Source of the DNA: an uncultured Dorea sp.
GTDB taxonomy: Bacteria; Bacillota; Clostridia; Lachnospirales; Lachnospiraceae
Length of the DNA: 64,000 nucleotides
Assembly: GCA_910588745.1 (NCBI GenBank)
Contig: CAJURK010000003.1
Span: forward strand, 11,660-75,659
Reading direction: 5' to 3'
The translations under genes and the position numbers were made by a program. Below, piece by piece: positions 54,062 through 61,244 of this stretch. Position 1 is the stretch's first letter. The number at the start of each line of letters is the position of its first letter. The notes beneath the pieces were generated by a model. It made no database searches and had not been told where the DNA came from. It saw only the letters and a list, made by a program, of their open reading frames with translations.

Positions 54062-56233
54062 TTAATTGTAAACTACTACGGTCGTTCCTGCCGGAATATT
54101 ATCATATATCCATTTGGCGTTATCCATCTCCAGTCTTACACACCCATGGGACAGCGCCATTCCGACTCTTCCATCCGCAATTGCGCCGTTGGGCCAGCAG
54201 GTTACGGAATGGAACAGATAATCCCCGTAAAACTGCGTGAACCAGAAACATCTGTATGCGCCGGAGTTAAAATAATACCCTCTAATTCCGACGCTGAACA
54301 CACCGGTCACCGTCGGAGTACCCGGCGCGCCGTCGGCGCACTGCCAGTAATGGACGTTGCTCCAGAATCCTCTGCCGCCCTGATAAACCCCGACCGTATG
54401 GGCGCTTCTGTCTACCATGACAATATATCTTGTAGGACTGCTGTGCATGTTCGCCAGCGCGATCATTCCCGGATCCGGCCCTGGGTTTACTCTAGTTTCG
54501 GTATAATATCTGTCATTGGCTCCCGGAGCCGCCGCATCCTTAGACACCAGCCTGATCTGCAGCGCTTCCATACGATATCCGATCTTACTGGTTCCCGCTG
54601 CCTGCCCGTTCTTTGCCCATCCGAGCCAGCCGTACTTCTGCACATGGGCGCTGTAGTAAATATCATAGTAATTGGCGATATCGCCGTCAAGCCGGATCTT
54701 CACTGCTTCCATGCCTTTAGAACCGTCTGCGGAACCACAAAACGTTCCCTGATCTACCCAGTCAGTCCAGCCTGTAGAAGACAGATGCACAGCATACTGA
54801 ATGGAGCCTGAAGGAATATTCTCATTCGCCTCATCCCTGTTTAAATACAAGGTGATTCCTTCCAACCGCTTACTTTGGCCTAGCGTACCGACGGTGCCGC
54901 CCTGCGCAATATTTTCAGTGGTTCCGATTTCCTGGACTGCTCCCGTATAATAAAAATCACCGCTGTCATATCCCTGGATAAACGTTCTGCCCTCCGTCGG
55001 CACTCCCGGATCTTCTCCTTTTTTCACCAGTTTGATTTTAACAGCTTCCACTCTCTTGCTTAAATTAGCAGAGCCTGCAAGCGCAGCCGTATGGTCCGTC
55101 GCATCATTGCCAATCGTATAATCCGTCCAGCCGATCTTAGCCATATGCAGACTATAATATACGTCGTAATGCTGCGCTATTTCGCCGGTAAGCGCAATCT
55201 GCAGTGCTTCCACACGTTTTGCCTGGCCGGATGTGCCTATCAGTTCTCCATCCTGTTTCCAGTCCTGCCATCCGATTCCCTGCACATGGGCCCGATACTT
55301 GATTCCGCCGCTGTAACCGGTAGTTCCCACCGGATCGGGAAGGCTGATCTTTAACGCCTCCATACGCTTACTCTGCCCCGTCACGCCGCCCTCTGCATCG
55401 TCAAATGCATTTGGCCTCCAGCCATAAGACTGCACATGAGCCTGATAGCTTACCAGCGGACATCTGTAATAATCCGTCACGTTCTCCGGCCGGCTCGCAT
55501 CGTCGTCCTTCTTTACCAGCTTGATCTCAACGGCTTCCATTCTCTTGGCAAACTGCGCGCTTCCAGCCCTTGCTCCGTCCTTCGCCCAATCAAGCCATCC
55601 GAAAGTCTGCACATGCGTTCTGTAATAGACGCTGTAATCCTCCGCAATCGGTCCTTCCAGCCTGACAGAAATCGCTTCCAGCCGCTTGGCTTCGCCAGTG
55701 GTTCCCGCGTCCGCCCAGTCAGCCGACTCCTCTCTCCATCCGTAGGTCTGCACATGCACCGCATACCGAATGCTGCTTCCCTCATACTTTTCCGGAAGGC
55801 CGGCAAGTCTGAGTCTGATTGCCTCAACTCGTTTCGCCTGACTTTCGGTTCCCCCGATCGCGCCGTCCTTCACCGGATCCAGCCAGCCGTAACTCTGCAC
55901 ATGGGCCTGATATTCCACGCTGACCGGCTCTTCCGGCTCCTGCGCTTTCGGTTCCGCAGTTTCCGGACTTTCCTGATTACTCTCAAGCTGCTCTTCTGAA
56001 ATCTCCCCTTCGTATAAACCTGTCCCCTCGTTATCCGAAGTGTCCTGATCTGATTCGTTAAACATATCTTCTTCCTTCGGTACAGACTCTGCCGTGGTAT
56101 CTCTCTGCTCCCCTGTCTCGTCTGCGGCGGTAACTTCTTCCGCCTCAGCCCTCATACCCGGCAGTACGCTGGTTCCCATCAATGCAAAACAAAGAAGGAA
56201 TGCCAGCCATGATTTTTGAACATGTAGTTTCAT
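54062..56233 (-). CDS. Secreted ChW-repeat protein with a C-terminal L,D-transpeptidase (YkuD) domain
   Basis: Signal peptide MKLHVQKSWLAFLLCFALMGTSVLPGMRAEA, then about 8-9 ChW repeats. C-terminus has YIVMVDRSAHTVGVY...FHSV...ALSHGCVRLEMDNAKWIY (the SHGC catalytic motif). Start at ATG 56231-56233 (GGGAGGA upstream). Confidence 0.85.
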   Translation of the reverse strand: MKLHVQKSWLAFLLCFALMGTSVLPGMRAEAEEVTAADETGEQRDTTAESVPKEEDMFNESDQDTSDNEGTGLYEGEISEEQLESNQESPETAEPKAQEPEEPVSVEYQAHVQSYGWLDPVKDGAIGGTESQAKRVEAIRLRLAGLPEKYEGSSIRYAVHVQTYGWREESADWADAGTTGEAKRLEAISVRLEGPIAEDYSVYYRTHVQTFGWLDWAKDGARAGSAQFAKRMEAVEIKLVKKDDDASRPENVTDYYRCPLVSYQAHVQSYGWRPNAFDDAEGGVTGQSKRMEALKISLPDPVGTTGYSGGIKYRAHVQGIGWQDWKQDGELIGTSGQAKRVEALQIALTGEIAQHYDVYYSLHMAKIGWTDYTIGNDATDHTAALAGSANLSKRVEAVKIKLVKKGEDPGVPTEGRTFIQGYDSGDFYYTGAVQEIGTTENIAQGGTVGTLGQSKRLEGITLYLNRDEANENIPSGSIQYAVHLSSTGWTDWVDQGTFCGSADGSKGMEAVKIRLDGDIANYYDIYYSAHVQKYGWLGWAKNGQAAGTSKIGYRMEALQIRLVSKDAAAPGANDRYYTETRVNPGPDPGMIALANMHSSPTRYIVMVDRSAHTVGVYQGGRGFWSNVHYWQCADGAPGTPTVTGVFSVGIRGYYFNSGAYRCFWFTQFYGDYLFHSVTCWPNGAIADGRVGMALSHGCVRLEMDNAKWIYDNIPAGTTVVVYN

Positions 56234-56355
56234 CTCATGCGTCCTCCCAAATATCTTATCGGCATACTTATAAACTCTTACCGACTTGTATATAATATTA
56301 CCATTTTTCAACTATATTCGTCAAGTAACAAGAAACGCAGCGCCGCACTTATTCT

Positions 56356-56925
56356 CTACCATTCTCCCAGACAGCCTTCCGATTCATGCGCCGGTTCCGA
56401 ATAGGCGGGCTGAGAATATTGCTGATTTGCCGCCGCTGTCTGTTCTGCTGCCGCCTGCGCCTCTGCTGCCGCCTGCGCTTCTGCCGCTGCCTGCGCCTCT
56501 GCTGCTGCCTGTGCTTCTGCCGCTGCCTGTGCCTCTGCTGCTGCCTGCGCTTCTGCCGCCGCCTGTGCCTCTGCCTGCTCTTTTGCTTCCTTTATTCCAA
56601 TCTCCTGTTCTTTTGTGCTGATTTTTTCTCCGCTGTCCACGCTTTCATATTCTATAAAAGCCACCCCGTCTTCTATCTTCAATTCACAGGCTTCCATATC
56701 ATCAAAAGGAAAATTGGTGAGCTGATAAGTACTTCCATCTTCCAGAGTCACCTGTACGTCCCAGCTATCCCTTACCAGCAAATCTCTGTCATCATTTTCT
56801 TCTGTATCTTCCGCGCCGCGGTCCTCCTCCATGCTTTCTTCCGCTTTCGTATTCTCTCCCGCGTCTCCCTCTTGCGCCGCTTTATCGGAACTCTTCTCTG
56901 CGTTAGGCTTATAGCAGAACTTCAC
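56356..56925 (-). CDS. Acidic protein with EAQAAA tandem repeats. Has no signal peptide of its own and is probably the in-frame continuation of the lipoprotein ORF upstream.
   Basis: 189 aa from a GTG at 56923-56925. It is in the same frame as 56929..57213 and separated from it only by TAA plus one codon. Contains seven EAQAAA units. Confidence 0.45.
   Translation of the reverse strand: MKFCYKPNAEKSSDKAAQEGDAGENTKAEESMEEDRGAEDTEENDDRDLLVRDSWDVQVTLEDGSTYQLTNFPFDDMEACELKIEDGVAFIEYESVDSGEKISTKEQEIGIKEAKEQAEAQAAAEAQAAAEAQAAAEAQAAAEAQAAAEAQAAAEAQAAAEQTAAANQQYSQPAYSEPAHESEGCLGEW
56445..56570 (-). repeat. 18 bp tandem repeat, 7 copies, coding (AEAQAA)n
   Basis: Plus-strand units read ctgctgccgcctgcgcct / ctgctgccgcctgcgctt / ctgccgctgcctgcgcct and so on. 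They differ only at C/T (plus-strand) positions, leaving the peptide unit invariant. Confidence 0.9.
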
Positions 56926-56928
56926 TTC

Positions 56929-57213
56929 TTACTTATCTTCCATTACTTCCCCGCCGGCCAATATATTTTCCGGCCATTCGTCCGTGCCTGACGCTTTAAC
57001 TGAAAGTCCTGTCAATTTCTGTCCGGATGCATTCGTAAACTGAATTACGTATGCGTTATCGCCCTCCGTTCCAATAACCCGAAGCTTTTCTTCTGGTTCT
57101 TCCTGTACTTCTTTGACTTTCGGTTCTTCTTTCTCCTTATCTCCGCATCCTGTAATACCAATGCCCACGCACAACGCCAACCCAAACATTCTAATTAATT
57201 TTCGCTTCATCAC
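56929..57213 (-). CDS. Lipoprotein (N-terminal portion if the TAA at 56929-56931 is a lesion)
   Basis: MMKRKLIRMFGLALCVGIGITGCGDKEKEE, with lipobox GITGC. The ATG overlaps the stop of the upstream DHHW gene (ATGA, 57210-57213). Confidence 0.6.
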   Translation of the reverse strand: MMKRKLIRMFGLALCVGIGITGCGDKEKEEPKVKEVQEEPEEKLRVIGTEGDNAYVIQFTNASGQKLTGLSVKASGTDEWPENILAGGEVMEDK

Positions 57214-58637
57214 TTTTCTCCTCCATATTGTACTGTAATTTTTTTATTTGCAACTGTATGGCTGCCGTTCTCATCGACAGTCATAAGCTGTACCTCATAT
57301 GCATCTGATTCCTCCAGCGTCTGCTCATACAAATATAGCCGGTATCCATTATCACAATATTCTCCGTTCTCCTTTTCCGTCAGCATTCCAAACGCTTCAT
57401 AGAACTGTGTTCCACCTGCTCCGGACGGAACGATACTCACATAAATTTTCGCATGGTCTCCCAGATATTCTGGATCAATCTCTCCTGATATCACATAATA
57501 AGAACCTGACTTTTCCATCTGCACCGTTGACTGTGTTTCGCTTTCTTCCCCTTTCTCTACGACCGCTGCCGGCCCCTGCATAATCGGCGGTTTTTCAATC
57601 ACAGAAGCAATCCTTCTTTCCACTCTTTCTACTACCACATAATCCGGGCGGTAACGAAATACCTGATTTAAGCTGTACGGCTCCAGCTTCGTAAAATATG
57701 TCTCCGCAAATTCGTTCGCTATAAACGGAAATAATGTATTTCCGAAAGAATCCCGATACATCAGTATACGATCCTGTCCTTCTTCATTAGCGGCAATCGT
57801 CCAGTCGCCCTCTACGTTATCTGCATCCGCTGCAAGCTGATAATTCTGTATAACCTGATAATATTGATTCTGTTCCGGCTCGGCTTTCACCGAGTACAGC
57901 ATGCGGTTCAAATCTCCAATATAATCCTGCCTTATTTCATAAGGAATCTCCTGATATGTCTCATGCTCTTTCCCCATTGCGTTCAGCAGACTATGATATG
58001 CTAATACCGCGCCTTTATTGTTCCAGTGGGAATCTCTTTTCAAATAAAGAATTTCATCCCGCATTTGAAAAGCATTTACTAAATCAACATAATGAACGCC
58101 TTCCGAGTCCAGATAAGGTCTTAACTTTTCCAAATTACTTACGCTTCCGGCTTTACAATAGTAAGGCATATGTTCGCCATACAATGTATTCTTATTTGGC
58201 GCTACTGTATAAAAAAATTTTGCTCCAGACGATTCTACCAGCCCCTGCATTAGTGATAAATTATGAGCAATCATATACAGCGCCCGATCCGACAGTATAT
58301 TTACGCCCTGATAATCGTCCAGTGTTCCCTTAAAATACAGCCATCCGTCTGTTCCGACAACAATCTGTTCCGTTGCGGAAGTCAAAAATATCCTGCTGCG
58401 GGCCACTGCATTCGCCCCTACCATTTCCGGACGGAATGCAAAATGATCCTCGAAATATTTCCCAATCCCTATCAGAAATTGTTCATTTAATCTATTCTTC
58501 TTCAGCAATTTCGGAAATTCTGCCATCTCCCTATTTTCTGTCGTTTCCGTCGTAGGATTTACCAGCATTCCAATCAATGGCGTCCACAATATCATCATAA
58601 TGATGCCTATATATAAATAACTCTATTTTTTCTTCAT
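57210..58637 (-). pseudogene. Second DHHW/AlgJ-like gene carrying an in-frame TAG at codon 5
   Basis: An RBS-served ATG at 58635-58637 (TAGGAGT-AAAAAA-ATG) gives MKKK-TAG-SYLYIGIIMMILWTPLIGML. The stop is at 58623-58625. The track ORF restarts at ATG 58598 and so loses the charged N-terminus and half of the signal anchor. The body has the YLKRDSHWNNKGAV D.HW motif. Confidence 0.55.
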
Positions 58638-58647
58638 TTTTTTACTC

Positions 58648-59079
58648 CTAAAACCGAAAATATATAAATGGATTATAAGTTCCCCCCGCCAGCGACATCA
58701 TACTGGCAAGCAAAACTACTATACTCCCCGCATAAGAAAATACCGCCAGTACAAACTCTGCATATTGATAATCCTTTGCTTTTTCCGTAATCTTACCGAT
58801 GACTGGAAACATTCCAATAATACCTGCCGTTACTGTAAAAAGAAACAACGGAGTCAATTGGTTCCGCACAAGAGCCATACCTGTTTCCATTCCTTTTAAA
58901 CCCATAAACATTGTTTTAATAATCCCCGCCGCCTGACAAACAGAATCTGCACGAAAGATCACAAACCCTACGCAAACCGCTGTTAGCGTATAGACGCGTC
59001 TTAGTATCATCGGAAGTTTTTCTATCGGCAGATATTCTTCCACGAAAAGAAGTCCCCCATGAAACAACCCCCCTTCCAA
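58648..59079 (-). pseudogene. 3' remnant of an MBOAT gene (C-terminal ~140 aa only)
   Basis: (TTG)EGGLFHGGLLFVEE...VIFRADSVCQAAG...GGTYNPFIYFRF aligns with the last third of the intact MBOAT at 41868..43265 (LWGMYHGFFQIIER...VLFRAESLHQAG...NTYNPFIYFRF). The W.RWH histidine block is absent. Homology begins 3 codons after the stop of the upstream ChW gene. Confidence 0.7.
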
Positions 59080-59088
59080 ATTATTGTT

Positions 59089-61086
59089 TTATCTCATGTA
59101 ATTTAACGGAGCCGATGCATAAGTCAGCATATACAAACCATAATGATGTTCGTAATCCTGTTCCGGATCGCAAACATACGTAGTTCCGTCTATTCTGACT
59201 TCAACCCATCCATGTCTGCTTACTTTTCCGCTTCTCAGCTTAACAGTTCCTTCAATGAATTCCGCATCATAACCAAGACGTTTTGCCGCTCCTGCAAATG
59301 CCGCCGCAAAACAGTAGCAGTTTCCTCTCCGGTTCTCTACTCCATAAATTGTATAACCTTCTTCTCTGGAAAATCCCTCCGGCGGCGCCATCGGATCCGG
59401 AAGTTTCTCATAGCTAAGATGGTTCACTACCCAGTTGTAACATCCGCTTAATGTAGCGCCTCCGCCTGATATCACTGAATCAACTGCTCTTTCATAACGC
59501 TCTTTGTATCTTTCCGTTTTTAAATATCCGGATGTACTTCCGGGAGCCGCCGCGCCTTTGGGAACAATCTTAACCTGCAAAGCTTCCATTCGGTAACCGA
59601 TTCCCTGCGTACCTGCAGCCTGTCCGTTTGCCGCCCAGTCCAGCCAGCCATATTTTTGCACATGCGCCCTATAATATATATCGCAATATTGTTCCAGTTC
59701 TCCCAGCAGCTTTATTTCAATGGCTTCCAGACGCTTTCCGTTCCCGGATATTCCGACTTCTGAACCTCCCAGGCTGTTCCCCGTCCAGCCTTCGCTTTGC
59801 AGATGAGTCCGGTATTGAAGCATTCCGCTATACTTGTCTGTAATATTCCCTTCGATCCCCGCATCAACGGAAGCTCTGAACGCCTCTATCGTTTTCCCCT
59901 CTCCAGTGGTGCCGGCAGCGTCTCCGTTTCCGGCCTCCGACTTCCATCCGTCTCCAACTATGCTTACAGCAAACTTCAGCGCACCGATATTTTCCGAAGA
60001 CAGCGACGCCCTTCTTGTCTGCTCCGGCTCGCCTCCGCTTCCCTTTCTGATCACCTTTATCTGAATAGATTCAATGGCTCTGTAATAGTCAATGGTTCCG
60101 GCAGTCTCCCCGTTTTTCGCCCAGCCTAATGTTCCCCATTTGGATGCATGTACCTGATAATAAATATCATATTGTTTACTCACTTCGCCTGTTAGACGAA
60201 TCTGAACAGCCTCCAGACGCTTTCCTTTTCCGACAGTTCCGGCCTCTTGTCCGTCCTTTACCCAATCAAGCCAGCCGTAACTCTGACACATAGCGCGGTA
60301 TTCTACAGATCCTTCTATTTCCTTGCCGTCTGCATCTACCGGGTTTTTAAGATAGAGCTTAAGAGCTTCCATTCGTTTGCTCTGCCCCTCTGTTCCGGAT
60401 TTGGAGCCGTCCGCAACCGAATCCAGCCAGCCATAACTTTGTACATGTGAAGAATATGTAATCGTTCCCTTCTCGGTAGGCGATACAAAGGAAGTTCCTG
60501 AGAGTACGGGAGCCTCCGCACTCCCCTTTTTCACTAACCGAATCTCAAACGCCTCCATACGTTTGCCATAGCCGGCGCTTCCCGTCGGCGCGTCATTCTT
60601 TGCCCAGCCCAGCCAGCCGTAGCTTTGGATGTGCGTACGATAATAAATATCATACTCCTCGGCAAGCTTACCGGTAAGACGAATTTTCATTGCCTCTATC
60701 CGCTTCGACCGTCCCTCTGTCCCTGCCGCCTCACCTTCCGGCACATAATCCTGCCAGCCCACAGACTGTACATGGGCGTTGTAGTAAACCGATGTAATAT
60801 CTGAACTTTCTTCCAGGCTTTCATCATTGCCCTGCGCTGTATTTTCCCCGGTATTATCCGTAATTGTTTGGGGAACCTCATCCGAAACATCCTCTTTATC
60901 TTCTTCAAGATTTAATGCCGCTTCCGATTCCTCATCTAATCCGGGCGGTTCAACAGCGTCTTCATCTTCACTGTCTGCCTGGTTTTCCTGAATCTCCGTA
61001 CCTAAATCTCCAGCAAAAGCAGTCATACTGCCTGACGCAGTTAACGCTGCTGTCAGAATCAAAACCAATATTCTGTTTTTCATCAA
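59089..61086 (-). CDS. Secreted ChW-repeat protein with a C-terminal transglutaminase-like cysteine peptidase core
   Basis: 665 aa. Signal peptide MMKNRILVLILTAALTASGSMTAFA, then about 8 ChW repeats. C-terminus has RRGNCYCFAAAFAGAAKRLGY...RHGWVEVRIDGTTYVCDPE (Cys-His-Asp arrangement). Confidence 0.75.
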   Translation of the reverse strand: MMKNRILVLILTAALTASGSMTAFAGDLGTEIQENQADSEDEDAVEPPGLDEESEAALNLEEDKEDVSDEVPQTITDNTGENTAQGNDESLEESSDITSVYYNAHVQSVGWQDYVPEGEAAGTEGRSKRIEAMKIRLTGKLAEEYDIYYRTHIQSYGWLGWAKNDAPTGSAGYGKRMEAFEIRLVKKGSAEAPVLSGTSFVSPTEKGTITYSSHVQSYGWLDSVADGSKSGTEGQSKRMEALKLYLKNPVDADGKEIEGSVEYRAMCQSYGWLDWVKDGQEAGTVGKGKRLEAVQIRLTGEVSKQYDIYYQVHASKWGTLGWAKNGETAGTIDYYRAIESIQIKVIRKGSGGEPEQTRRASLSSENIGALKFAVSIVGDGWKSEAGNGDAAGTTGEGKTIEAFRASVDAGIEGNITDKYSGMLQYRTHLQSEGWTGNSLGGSEVGISGNGKRLEAIEIKLLGELEQYCDIYYRAHVQKYGWLDWAANGQAAGTQGIGYRMEALQVKIVPKGAAAPGSTSGYLKTERYKERYERAVDSVISGGGATLSGCYNWVVNHLSYEKLPDPMAPPEGFSREEGYTIYGVENRRGNCYCFAAAFAGAAKRLGYDAEFIEGTVKLRSGKVSRHGWVEVRIDGTTYVCDPEQDYEHHYGLYMLTYASAPLNYMR

Positions 61087-61198
61087 ATACCCTTCCTTTC
61101 AATATATTTTATCTCAACTCATTATACCCCCCGGGTATATTTCAATAGCTTTTGAAAGGAATATAAAAAGAATAATACCGGTTCGCGGGATAACTACG

Positions 61199-61234
61199 AA
61201 AAAGAGGAGACGCACGAAAGCATCTCCTCTTTTT
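61199..61234 (-). terminator. Intrinsic terminator after the GH25-ChW gene
   Basis: AAAAAGAGGAGA-12 nt loop-TCTCCTCTTTTT. The 12 bp stem has U-runs on both sides. Begins 11 nt after the stop at 61245. Confidence 0.8.
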
Positions 61235-61244
61235 CTCAAATACT

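Noticed and set aside
56286-56991. Plus-strand Leu/Pro- and Cys/Arg/Leu-rich ORFs (56286..56621 and 56386..56991)
   Set aside because: They are reverse-frame readings of the 18 bp (EAQAAA)n coding repeat and its flanks, and have no independent support.
61123-61139. Palindrome TATACCC-CCC-GGGTATA upstream of the transglutaminase-like ChW gene
   Set aside because: It is a short, single occurrence with no matching site upstream of the other ChW genes that I could find by eye. It cannot be assigned as an operator.
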